This document shows, piece by piece, positions 1 through 12,122 of a stretch of DNA of 64,000 nt (its first letter is position 1; each line of letters begins with the position of its first letter). Source of the stretch: Brevundimonas sp. (GTDB taxonomy: Bacteria; Pseudomonadota; Alphaproteobacteria; Caulobacterales; Caulobacteraceae); NCBI RefSeq assembly GCF_050729455.1, contig NZ_JBOHLI010000007.1, positions 684-64,683 of the forward strand, given 5' to 3'. The translations under genes and the position numbers were made by a program. The notes beneath the pieces were generated by a model. The model ran no database searches. It had not been told where the DNA came from and saw nothing but the letters and a program-made list of their open reading frames with translations.

Positions 1-859
1 CGCGTGCGGCCTCGAGGAAGCGACGATAGGGCAACAGCAGGGCCCCCGCCGCATAGTTGGCCAGCCCGACCCGGCAGACATCGCGCGCAGCGGGAATGTC
101 GAAGGCGGCGCGGTCCAGCTCGTGCTCGATCAGGTCGTGGAAGCGCAGCAAGACCAGCTGATGCGCCATCAGGAAGGACCGCGTCGCGCCGGGCAGGCTG
201 GCGTCGACATAGAGGATGCGCGCCGCCGGATCGAAGCGCCGCATGGCGCCGCGCCCTTCGCCGGTGGCCAGACGGACCCCGCACAGGTCGTTCAGCGCCG
301 CCTCCAGATCGCGCTCGGGGTGGCCGCCCGCGCCCAGACCCAGCTGCTCCGCTAGCGCCTCCGCCGCCTGATCCAGCGCGTCGATGTAGTTGTCACGATA
401 GTGGAAGAAGTCGCGCACGGCTTCATAGGGCAGGGCGGGGGAGCCTTGCGCCCGCTCGTCCCGGCCCAGGGTCTCGTTCAGGGTCTTCAGTCGCTCGTCC
501 AGGCGGCGATAGTCCTGATGCAGGGCCAGGAACTGACGCGCCAGCCGGGGGGTGTTGGTCACCGCCTGCTTCAGCTCGACGGGCGAGGGGGCCTCGGCGT
601 GACCGGCGACGTCGGTGACGGCCTCGCGCAGGTCGGCGATCAGTCGGGCGTCGCCGTCCAGATCGAACAGGCTGGCGTCCACGTCGAAGGCCCGCGTCAG
701 GGCGATCAGAACCCGCGCCGTCGCCGGGCGTTGATTGGTCTCGATCTGCGACAGGTAGCTGGGCGACAGGGTCAGCCGCCCGGCGCAGGCTTCCAGCGTC
801 CAGCCGCGCGCCTCGCGCAGCTTGCGCACCTTGGCCCCGAGATAGAGTTTTTCCGCCAT
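1..859 (-). CDS. pccR: XRE-family HTH regulator of the short-chain fatty acyl-CoA (ScfR/PccR) type; 3' end runs off the window
   Basis: Absent from the ORF track because it is open at the window edge. Hand translation from ATG (complement of 857-859) reads [61 protein letters not shown] (Cro/C1 HTH), then ...[17 protein letters not shown]...FLMAHQL..., with no stop down to position 1. Divergent from pccB. Confidence 0.75.
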   Translation of the reverse strand, partial: MAEKLYLGAKVRKLREARGWTLEACAGRLTLSPSYLSQIETNQRPATARVLIALTRAFDVDASLFDLDGDARLIADLREAVTDVAGHAEAPSPVELKQAVTNTPRLARQFLALHQDYRRLDERLKTLNETLGRDERAQGSPALPYEAVRDFFHYRDNYIDALDQAAEALAEQLGLGAGGHPERDLEAALNDLCGVRLATGEGRGAMRRFDPAARILYVDASLPGATRSFLMAHQLVLLRFHDLIEHELDRAAFDIPAARDVCRVGLANYAAGALLLPYRRFLEAAR

Positions 860-865
860 CGCAAC

Positions 866-944
866 TTTGCAAAACAGTCCATCGACCTTGGCAGGCTTAC
901 GCACTTACGCCCCTTTTGCAAAGTTGCGATTGCCTTTTTGCAAT
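866..944. promoter_or_regulatory. Candidate PccR operator / divergent promoter region with three TTTGCAA(A/T) boxes
   Basis: TTTGCAAA at 866-873 and 915-922, TTTGCAAT at 937-944, in the 131-nt pccR-pccB intergenic region. As I recall it, the published ScfR/PccR operator is built on TTTGCAAA repeats. Confidence 0.5.
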
Positions 945-990
945 GGAGCGTCTTGTTGATCCTCAAAGATTGCAGGGAGTCGCCCAAACC

Positions 991-2526
<1,536 letters not shown>

Positions 2527-2537
2527 AGGGGGAGATC

Positions 2538-3308
2538 GTGAAAGTTGTTTCAATTCAGCAGTATATATACTTGGGTACCAACATTTGGTATCTGCAAAGT
2601 CTTTCTCCGCGCCAGGGTGTTGGCACTCCCGGCGGGGTAAGAAAAAACGTCAACTCGCTCCTAGAATCTCTTGAGAAATTTGGCCTCCCAGTTAGCCGGC
2701 GCGCCGCCAGAGATTTAGAGAAATACTGTAATGAAAATCTCGTGGAAGAGAATGAGGATGTTTCTTCGCTTATAGGACAAGAAAGAGCGGACGAGATAAA
2801 GAAACTGGCTAGCAGATTGCGTCCAACAATAAATGCGGAATCGCTGGGGCTTTTTGCCTATTTGACTACCGAAAAGAGATTCTCGACGGAGAATCTTATG
2901 ACCGACCCTTGGAAGCTTTTTGCGGAGGGCATCAAGGGAAGGATCGACGATGTTCCGGTTAGGGATATTGAAGACGCCGCAAAATGTATTGTATTTGAAA
3001 GAGCGACGGCTGCGGCTTTTCACTTGCTTCGTGCGACAGAAGCGGTGCTAAAGCAGTTTTATTGCCACCATATTCGTCGAAATAGAGGTCAACTGATGTG
3101 GGGCCCGATGATTTCCGGGCTGCGGGCAAAGCGAAATCCACCAGATTCAGCCCTCCTCGATCATCTGGATAGTATCAGGCGCAATTTTAGAAACCCGACG
3201 CAGCATCCAGAAAAAATATACGATATGGTTGAGGCTCAAGACTTATTCGGGGTTTGCATAGATGTTCTGAATCGAATGTCTTCTGATCTTCCAGACCGTT
3301 CTCAATAG
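2538..3308 (+). CDS. AT-rich hypothetical protein with a C-terminal HEPN-like (R-x4-H) motif
   Basis: Single clean 256-codon ORF, GTG start 6 nt after GGGGGAG. Hand count is 26/60 G+C for 2761-2820 against 39/60 for 2401-2460. Helix-like AAAFHLLRATEAVLKQF, then LDSIRRNFRNPTQHPE (RNPTQH at 3189-3206). The exact start is uncertain. Confidence 0.7.
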   Translation: MKVVSIQQYIYLGTNIWYLQSLSPRQGVGTPGGVRKNVNSLLESLEKFGLPVSRRAARDLEKYCNENLVEENEDVSSLIGQERADEIKKLASRLRPTINAESLGLFAYLTTEKRFSTENLMTDPWKLFAEGIKGRIDDVPVRDIEDAAKCIVFERATAAAFHLLRATEAVLKQFYCHHIRRNRGQLMWGPMISGLRAKRNPPDSALLDHLDSIRRNFRNPTQHPEKIYDMVEAQDLFGVCIDVLNRMSSDLPDRSQ

Positions 3309-3346
3309 ATAAAACGTCCTTAAATGACGATTGAAGGCTTAGCCTG

Positions 3347-5335
<1,989 letters not shown>

Positions 5336-6718
5336 ATGACGACCTTTCCCACGCCGAGCCCGCTGGAGTGGCGGGAACAGGCCGAGAAGGCGCTGAAGGG
5401 GCGGGCGATCGAAAGCCTGCTGCACCTCGACGCCGACGGCCTGATCATCCGGCCGCTCTATGCCGACGCAACCGGGGTGCAGGCGCTTCGCGCGCCGCGC
5501 ACCACGGACGCCGAGGGGCGGGCGTGGGACCTGCGCACCCTGGTCGAGGGCGATGAGGCGGCGGCGATCAACGCCGCCGTCCTGACCGACCTTGAAAACG
5601 GCGCCGCCTCGGTGGTGCTGAAGGGCGCGTTCACGACCGACGAGGCGTTGCTGGCCGCCGCGCTCGACGGCGTGGCTCTGGAACTGGCGCCAGTGGCGCT
5701 GGACGCGGGCTTTGACGGGGTGAAAGCCGCCGAGGCCCTGTCGGCTGTGGCCAAGGGTTCGCCCCGCGCCCAGCTGCAATTCCATCTCGACCCGATTTCG
5801 GCCTATGCCGAGGCGGCTGAAGGCGACATCGACGCCGCCGTGACCGAGGCCGCCGAGGAGGCCGCGCGTCTGGCTCCGACCTATCCCGAGGCCAAACTCT
5901 TCCTCGCCTCGGGCCGCGTGGTGCACGAGGCGGGCGGCTCGGCGGGGCAGGAACTGGCCTTCGCCGCCGCCAGCGCCACAGCCTACGTCAAGGCCGCCGT
6001 TCTGGCGGGCCTGAGCACCGAACAGGCCTTGAAGGGCGTGGTGCTGGGCGTCTCGGTCGACGCCGAATATTTCGACGCCCTGGCCAAGGTGCGGGCCATG
6101 CGCCTGATCTGGGCCAGCGTCAGCAAGGCCTTTGGGCATGAGACCCCGGCCGTCATCGAGGCCCGTTCGTCGCGGCGGATGCTGTCGGCGCGCGATCCCT
6201 GGCCGAACCTGCTGCGTCTGACCGCCGCCGGTTTCGCCGGGGCCGTGGGCGGCGCCGACGTGGTGGTGCTGGACGGCTTCACCCGCGCCGAGGGCCGTCC
6301 TGACGCCTTCGCCCGCCGTCAGGCCCGCAACACCCAGCTGGTGCTGATGGAAGAAGCCAATCTGGGCCGGGTCGATGATCCCGCCGCCGGGTCCTGGTTC
6401 CTGGACAGCCGCACCCGCGATCTGGCCGAGGCCGGCTGGAAGGAGTTCCAGTCGATCGAAGCCGAAGGCGGCGTGGTCGACGCCCTGAAGCACCACCTGA
6501 TCCAGCCGCGCGTCGAACGCGCGCGCGGTCAGCTGGAGGCGGCGCTGAAGGACGGCGCCCGCCACATGGTCGGCGTCACCAAATACGTCGATCCCGATCC
6601 GCGCCCGGCCCCGGTCGAGGCCGCCGATCCCGTCGATGCGCCCGTGCGCCACGGCGCCCTGACCCCGGTGCGCTTCGCCGCGCCCTTTGAAATCGCGTCC
6701 GAGGAGGCGAGCCAATGA
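5336..6718 (+). CDS. mutA: Methylmalonyl-CoA mutase small (beta) subunit
   Basis: Starts immediately after the pccA TAA and overlaps the next gene by ATGA. Mutase-like TIM-barrel region ([14 protein letters not shown]...) without a B12-binding HxD domain. Position directly upstream of the large subunit. Confidence 0.8.
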   Translation: MTTFPTPSPLEWREQAEKALKGRAIESLLHLDADGLIIRPLYADATGVQALRAPRTTDAEGRAWDLRTLVEGDEAAAINAAVLTDLENGAASVVLKGAFTTDEALLAAALDGVALELAPVALDAGFDGVKAAEALSAVAKGSPRAQLQFHLDPISAYAEAAEGDIDAAVTEAAEEAARLAPTYPEAKLFLASGRVVHEAGGSAGQELAFAAASATAYVKAAVLAGLSTEQALKGVVLGVSVDAEYFDALAKVRAMRLIWASVSKAFGHETPAVIEARSSRRMLSARDPWPNLLRLTAAGFAGAVGGADVVVLDGFTRAEGRPDAFARRQARNTQLVLMEEANLGRVDDPAAGSWFLDSRTRDLAEAGWKEFQSIEAEGGVVDALKHHLIQPRVERARGQLEAALKDGARHMVGVTKYVDPDPRPAPVEAADPVDAPVRHGALTPVRFAAPFEIASEEASQ

Positions 6719-8874
6719 GCTTCCCCGACTTCTCCAAGATCGACCTGGACCTGACCGCGACCGGCGCGGGTCCGACGCGCGATCCCTGGCTGACGCCCGA
6801 GGGCCTGACGGTCGAGACTTCCTATGGTCCCGATGCGCTGGAAGGCCTCGACGCCATCCACGGCCTGCCGGGTTTCGCCCCCTATATGCGCGGGCCGTAC
6901 CCGACCATGTACGCTGGCAATCCGTGGACGATCCGCCAGTACGCGGGCTTCTCGACCGCCGAGGAATCCAACGCCTTCTATCGCCGCAACCTGGCGGCGG
7001 GTCAGAAGGGCCTGTCGATCGCCTTCGACCTGGCCACCCACCGCGGCTATGACAGCGATCACCCGCGGGTGAAGGGCGACGTCGGCATGGCCGGCGTGGC
7101 CATCGACAGCATTCTGGATATGCGGACCCTGTTCGACGGCATCCCGCTGGATCAGATGTCGGTGTCCATGACCATGAACGGCGCCGTCCTGCCGATCCTG
7201 GCCCTCTATGTCGTGGCGGCTGAAGAACAGGGCGTGCCGCACGCGGCCCTGACCGGAACCATTCAGAACGACATTCTGAAGGAGTTCATGGTCCGCAACA
7301 CCTACATCTATCCGCCCGAACCCTCGATGCGGATCATCTCGGACATCTTTGCGTGGACCGCGCAGGAAACGCCGAAGTTCAACTCCATCTCCATCTCCGG
7401 CTATCACATGCAGGAGGCTGGGGCCTCGGCCGAGATCGAGCTGGCCTACACGCTGTCGGACGGTCTGGAGTACATCAAGGCCGGCGTCGATGCCGGCATG
7501 GACGTGGACCGGTTCGCGCCGCGCCTGTCCTTCTTCTGGGCCATCGGCATGAACTACTTCATGGAGGTGGCCAAGATGCGGGCCGGCCGCCTGCTGTGGG
7601 CGGAAAAGGTCGCCGAGAAGTTCTCGCCCAAGGACCAGCGCTCCCTGTCGCTGCGGACCCACTGCCAGACCTCGGGCTGGTCGCTGGCGGCGCAGGACGT
7701 GTTCAACAACGTCTCGCGCACCATGGTCGAGGCCATGGCGGCGGCGGGCGGTCAGACCCAGAGCCTGCACACCAACGCGCTCGACGAAGCCCTGGCCCTG
7801 CCGACCGACTTCTCGGCCCGGATCGCGCGCAACACCCAGATTCTGCTGCAGATGGAGACGGGGCTGACCCGCACCATCGACCCCTGGGGCGGCAGCTTCT
7901 ACGTCGAGCGCCTGACCCACGATCTGGCCAATCGCGCCCGCGCCCTGATGGCCGAGGTCGAGGCGGCGGGCGGCATGGCCAAGGCCATCGAGGCCGGCAT
8001 TCCCAAGCTGCGCATCGAAGAGGCGGCGGCCAAGACCCAGGCCCGCATCGACACCGGCAAGCAGACCGTGGTCGGCGTGAACCGCTATCTGAACGCTGCG
8101 CCCGACGACATTCCGATGCTGAAGGTCGACAACGCCGCTGTTCTGGCCGCCCAGATCGAGAAGCTGAAGAAGCTGCGCGCCGAGCGCGATCAGGCCGCGA
8201 CCGACGCCGCTCTGGAAGCTCTGACGGCCGGGGCGCGCGGAAACGCCAACCTGCTGGAGCTGGCGGTTCAGGCCGCTCGCGCCAAGGCCACGGTGGGCGA
8301 GATTTCCGATGCGCTGGAGGCCGCCTTCGGCCGCCACATCGCCACGGTGAAGACCGTCTCGGGCGTCTATGGCAAGGAGGCGGGCAATGATCCCAAGGTC
8401 GCCCGCGCTCGCGATATGGTCGCGACCTTTGTCGAGAATGACGGCGGTCCGCCGCGCATCCTGATCGCCAAGCTGGGTCAGGACGGTCACGATCGGGGCC
8501 AGAAGGTGGTCGCCACCGGCTACGGCGACCTGGGCCTCGACGTCACGGCCGGCGCCCTGTTTCAGACGCCCGCCGAGGCGGCCAAGGACGCGGTCGAGAA
8601 GAACGTCCACGCGGTCGGCGCCTCGTCGCTGGCGGCCGGACACCTGACGCTGGTCCCGGAACTGCGCGCCGAACTGGCCAAGCTGGGCCGCGAGGACATC
8701 ATGATCGTGGTCGGCGGCGTCATTCCGCCCTCGGACGTGCAACCCCTGCTGGATATGGGCGCGGCCGCGGTCTATCCGCCCGGCTCGGTGATCGCCGACA
8801 CGGCGGCGGACCTGATTGAAAAGCTGAACCTGCGTCTGGGCTATGCCCAGCCCGCGCCCGCGGAGACCAAGTGA
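6715..8874 (+). CDS. mutB: Methylmalonyl-CoA mutase large (alpha) subunit, B12-dependent
   Basis: [60 protein letters not shown] and C-terminal B12 domain [15 protein letters not shown]. Confidence 0.95.
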   Translation: MSFPDFSKIDLDLTATGAGPTRDPWLTPEGLTVETSYGPDALEGLDAIHGLPGFAPYMRGPYPTMYAGNPWTIRQYAGFSTAEESNAFYRRNLAAGQKGLSIAFDLATHRGYDSDHPRVKGDVGMAGVAIDSILDMRTLFDGIPLDQMSVSMTMNGAVLPILALYVVAAEEQGVPHAALTGTIQNDILKEFMVRNTYIYPPEPSMRIISDIFAWTAQETPKFNSISISGYHMQEAGASAEIELAYTLSDGLEYIKAGVDAGMDVDRFAPRLSFFWAIGMNYFMEVAKMRAGRLLWAEKVAEKFSPKDQRSLSLRTHCQTSGWSLAAQDVFNNVSRTMVEAMAAAGGQTQSLHTNALDEALALPTDFSARIARNTQILLQMETGLTRTIDPWGGSFYVERLTHDLANRARALMAEVEAAGGMAKAIEAGIPKLRIEEAAAKTQARIDTGKQTVVGVNRYLNAAPDDIPMLKVDNAAVLAAQIEKLKKLRAERDQAATDAALEALTAGARGNANLLELAVQAARAKATVGEISDALEAAFGRHIATVKTVSGVYGKEAGNDPKVARARDMVATFVENDGGPPRILIAKLGQDGHDRGQKVVATGYGDLGLDVTAGALFQTPAEAAKDAVEKNVHAVGASSLAAGHLTLVPELRAELAKLGREDIMIVVGGVIPPSDVQPLLDMGAAAVYPPGSVIADTAADLIEKLNLRLGYAQPAPAETK

Positions 8875-9296
8875 TGATCGGCGCTCTGAACCACGTCGGC
8901 GTCGCCACGCCCTCGATCGCGGACTCAATCAAGCTGTATCGCGACATCCTTGGCGCGACCAAGATCGGCGAACCGTTCGACCTGCCAGCCCAAGGCGTGA
9001 AGGTCTGCTTCATCGACACGCCCACGGCCCAGATCGAACTGATCGAGCCCTATGACGAGACCAGCCCCATCACCGGCTTCCTGGCCAAGAACCCCAAGGG
9101 CGGCCAGCACCACGTCTGCTTCGAGGTCGCCGACATCCACGACGCCATCGCCCAGATGCGCGCCAAGGGCGTGACCATCCTGGGAACCGGCGAGCCGCGC
9201 ATCGGCGCCCACGGCACCCCGGTCGTCTTCCTGCACCCCAAGGAGATGGGAGGCGTCCTGATCGAACTGATGGAAACGCCGAAAGAGGCGCACTGA
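8874..9296 (+). CDS. mce: Methylmalonyl-CoA epimerase (VOC/glyoxalase fold)
   Basis: [15 protein letters not shown]...QIELIEP...GGQHHVCFEV. ATG at 8874 shares the A of the mutB TGA stop; GTG at 8871 is also possible. Confidence 0.9.
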   Translation: MIGALNHVGVATPSIADSIKLYRDILGATKIGEPFDLPAQGVKVCFIDTPTAQIELIEPYDETSPITGFLAKNPKGGQHHVCFEVADIHDAIAQMRAKGVTILGTGEPRIGAHGTPVVFLHPKEMGGVLIELMETPKEAH

Positions 9297-9301
9297 CAGT
9301 C

Positions 9302-9333
9302 AAAAGGCCCGGTCGATGACCGGGCCTTTTTTA
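9302..9333. terminator. Bidirectional Rho-independent terminator between mce and the convergent TonB receptor
   Basis: AAAAGGCCCGGTC-GATG-GACCGGGCCTTTTTT: a perfect GC-rich stem flanked by an A-run and a T-run. Confidence 0.8.
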
Positions 9334-11895
9334 TCAGAACAGAATCTTGCGGAAGCTGACCCGGAAGGTCCGGCCCAGCGGGTCCAGATAGTCGGGCTGA
9401 TAGGCGAGGGGCGTCTCGCCCGTTCCGTCCCGCACGTCCAGCTTCTGATCGAAGATGTTGTCGATGCCGAAGCTGACGCGGGCGCCCTTCAGCCACGGAT
9501 ACCTGGCCACCCAGGTCTGACGCGACGACAGGTCGGCGAACAGGTTCAGGTTGACCGTCGTCAGGTCCGAGAAGGTCAGGTCGTCGTCCGGCGTGGAGCC
9601 CCCGTTGATCCGCGTGGACTCCTTCCAGTTGGCGTTCAGGAAGCCGCCCATGCCGCTCTTGAACAGGCCCATCTGGAACTGGACCTCGTTGCGCGACTGG
9701 CCGCCGCGCGACCCGATGGCGGCGCCGTCCAGCAGGTCCAGAACCGGCAGGCCGTCGCGGATCGTGATCTCATCCTGGATGCGATAGGTGTGATACAGCG
9801 AGACGTTGAAGCGGCCCTGGCCGGGTTGCATGGTCGGGCCGCGCCCGCCGCCCATCTGCATCCGCATACCGCCGCCCGGAGGAGGACCGGCGCCGCCGCC
9901 CGGCGGCGGGCCGCCTTCCATTCGCATCACGACCGGACCGCCGCCAGGGGCAGGGGAGGCGCCGGCTGGACGGGCGCCGCCCGGACCGCCGCCGCCTGGA
10001 CCGCGTTGGCCCATCCGTGCCGCAGCCGCCGGATCAGGCTTGCCGAACGGGGTCGAGAAGTTGAGGCCCCAGCGGATTTCCTGTTGCTCGGCCTTCTGGA
10101 AATTCAGCGGACGGGCGTCGATCGAGATCAGGTTGTCGTCCAGGTCGCGTTCGAAGCGCTCGGGCAGGGCGGCTTCCAGTTCCGGCGTGATGGTCGGGAA
10201 GGCGGCGATGGAGCCCTCGATCTCGGTGCGGCTGTAGTTGGCCGTCAGCCGCAGGTCCTTGTCCTTCAGCGGCGTCAGGTTGAAGCCCAGCTTCAGGATG
10301 CGCTTGGTCTCTTCGGACAGGCCGGAGTTGCCGCCCTCGATGCGGGTGATGTTGACCGACTGCCCGGTGGCGAAGTCATAGACCGGCACGTTTGGGGTCG
10401 AGATGGTCGGGTCGTTCAGCTGCGACATCGACGGGGCGTTCTGCTCGTCCGACCAGCTGGCGGTGAAGCTGACCGGGCTCCACGGCGACCAGTTCAGGCC
10501 AACGGTGTAGGCGCTCAGGCCGCCGAAGTCGGACAGGTCCTGATAGGCCAGGTTCAGGTTGGCCGACAGGTCGCCCAGCACGCCCAGGACCTCGCGGTCG
10601 CGGCTGGCGATGGGCAGGTTGAAATTGCCTGAGGCGCTGGTCCGGTCGCGCGACAGCGAACGTTCGGAGAAGACGCTGGTCTGCAGCTGCCCATCATATC
10701 GCAGGCTCTCGGAATCCAGCGTCTGGGTGTTGAAGCCGACCTTGAAGGTCGAGGTCAGGGCGCCCGCCGGCCCTTCCCAGGCGGTTCCGTTGATGACGCC
10801 CTCAAGGTTGCCGCTGCTGGACACGGATCGGGCGGTGTCGAAGGGCAGGCGCGGCAGTAGGTTCGCATCGCCGAACGGATCGATCGCGCCCGCCGTCACC
10901 CCGGCCTGCAGCGCGTCCTCGTCTAGCCCGCGTCCGGTGCGGGTCTTGGTCTCGGTGCGGTCGTAGCCACCGGTCAGCGTCCAGCGCCAGTCGCCCAGAT
11001 AGCCGTCCACCAGGGCCCCGACCTTGCCCGCCAGGGTGTCGGTGGTGCGCGACAGGGCGTCGGGCGCGTTCAGATGGAGGCCTTCAGCGACGGTGGACGG
11101 CGGCACGACCAGCTGGACGCCCGGCAGGCCCTGATAGGCCAGCCGCGACGTGTCCTCCAGGCTGGCGCTCAGCGTCAGGGCGGTGGTGTCGTCGAGATCG
11201 CGCACCAGAGACCCGGCGACCGACGCCTGTTCCTGCTTGGGCAGGAGGGTCCGGTAGGCGGTCGGGTCGCCGTCGTTACGGCGGATGTCACGCTCGGTCT
11301 CGTAGAGGGGGGTGTCGTTCTGGTACTCGAGATCCAGGGTCGCGCGCTGCTTGCCCGCGATGCGCAGGATGTTGCTTTCCAGATCGCTGACCGTGCGGCC
11401 GCCCTCGCCCGGGCGGCGGGCGCTGGCCTGCATGGTCAGCGAGCGGAAGTTGGCCTTCAGCACGAAGTTCACGACCCGCTGGTCGGCGCTGTAGCCGTAG
11501 GAGAGGGCGGTTTCTTCCGGCAGAATCTCGGTGCGTTCGATGGCTTCGGGCGGGATGCCGCGGATTTCCTGGAAGCCCGAGATGCGTCGTCCGTTGACCA
11601 GATAGACCGGCGCGCCGCCGCGGGAGCTGCGCGTCACCGGCTCCAGCAGGGTCATCAGCTCCTGAATGCTGCTGGCGCCGTAGGCCTTGATCTGTTCCTC
11701 GTCGAGAACCAGCTCGGGTTCGAAATCGCCTATGGCCGCGCCGCGCTTGGCGGTGCTGGCGGTGATTTCGCCCAGGTCGTAGGGCTCTTCCTCGTCCACC
11801 GGCCGCGGGCGAGTCTGCGGGACCGGCGCGGGATCGGTCGCCGCGACCGTGGGATCGAGCGAGGCGAGGGCGAGCATCATCACAACAGGGGACAT
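9334..11895 (-). CDS. TonB-dependent receptor with an internal Gly/Pro/Met-rich low-complexity insertion
   Basis: Plug-type N-terminus (GASSIQELMTLLEPVTRSSRGGAPVYLVNGRRISGFQEIRGIPPEAIERTEILPEE). Beta-barrel ending in the terminal aromatic ...SFRKILF. Confidence 0.9.
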   Translation of the reverse strand: MSPVVMMLALASLDPTVAATDPAPVPQTRPRPVDEEEPYDLGEITASTAKRGAAIGDFEPELVLDEEQIKAYGASSIQELMTLLEPVTRSSRGGAPVYLVNGRRISGFQEIRGIPPEAIERTEILPEETALSYGYSADQRVVNFVLKANFRSLTMQASARRPGEGGRTVSDLESNILRIAGKQRATLDLEYQNDTPLYETERDIRRNDGDPTAYRTLLPKQEQASVAGSLVRDLDDTTALTLSASLEDTSRLAYQGLPGVQLVVPPSTVAEGLHLNAPDALSRTTDTLAGKVGALVDGYLGDWRWTLTGGYDRTETKTRTGRGLDEDALQAGVTAGAIDPFGDANLLPRLPFDTARSVSSSGNLEGVINGTAWEGPAGALTSTFKVGFNTQTLDSESLRYDGQLQTSVFSERSLSRDRTSASGNFNLPIASRDREVLGVLGDLSANLNLAYQDLSDFGGLSAYTVGLNWSPWSPVSFTASWSDEQNAPSMSQLNDPTISTPNVPVYDFATGQSVNITRIEGGNSGLSEETKRILKLGFNLTPLKDKDLRLTANYSRTEIEGSIAAFPTITPELEAALPERFERDLDDNLISIDARPLNFQKAEQQEIRWGLNFSTPFGKPDPAAAARMGQRGPGGGGPGGARPAGASPAPGGGPVVMRMEGGPPPGGGAGPPPGGGMRMQMGGGRGPTMQPGQGRFNVSLYHTYRIQDEITIRDGLPVLDLLDGAAIGSRGGQSRNEVQFQMGLFKSGMGGFLNANWKESTRINGGSTPDDDLTFSDLTTVNLNLFADLSSRQTWVARYPWLKGARVSFGIDNIFDQKLDVRDGTGETPLAYQPDYLDPLGRTFRVSFRKILF

Positions 11896-12060
11896 GCGGA
11901 GTCCTGGGCAAACAAAGGCGCGGGGGCAGTGACGCCGCCCCCTGTTGGCGTCTGTCAGCTCGCTTAGAGACCGATGTGCGCCGAACGATGGCGGTTCAGG
12001 GTCTTCAAGATTAAAGCTCTGTAATGACGCGCAAAGTCACGCGGAACTGACAGCCCCCTT

Positions 12061-12100
12061 CAAACGTGAAAGGGGACGAAGTCCGTCGGACCTCGCCCCC
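12061..12100 (-). terminator. Probable Rho-independent terminator of the ZnuD-like receptor gene
   Basis: 13-bp stem 12072-12084 / 12088-12100. The two plus-strand mismatches become G-U pairs on the minus transcript, and a U-rich tail follows (rc of 12061-12071). Confidence 0.5.
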
Positions 12101-12122
12101 TCTTTTTCGACAGGCGTGATTT

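Noticed and set aside
11896-12070. The structured 5' leader of the TonB receptor gene (hairpin GGGGGC-N9-GCCCCC plus a U-rich tail) as a possible cobalamin or other riboswitch.
   Set aside because: I could not find a B12 box or any other riboswitch core I know. It may be a simple attenuator hairpin. A covariance-model scan (Rfam/Infernal) would be needed.
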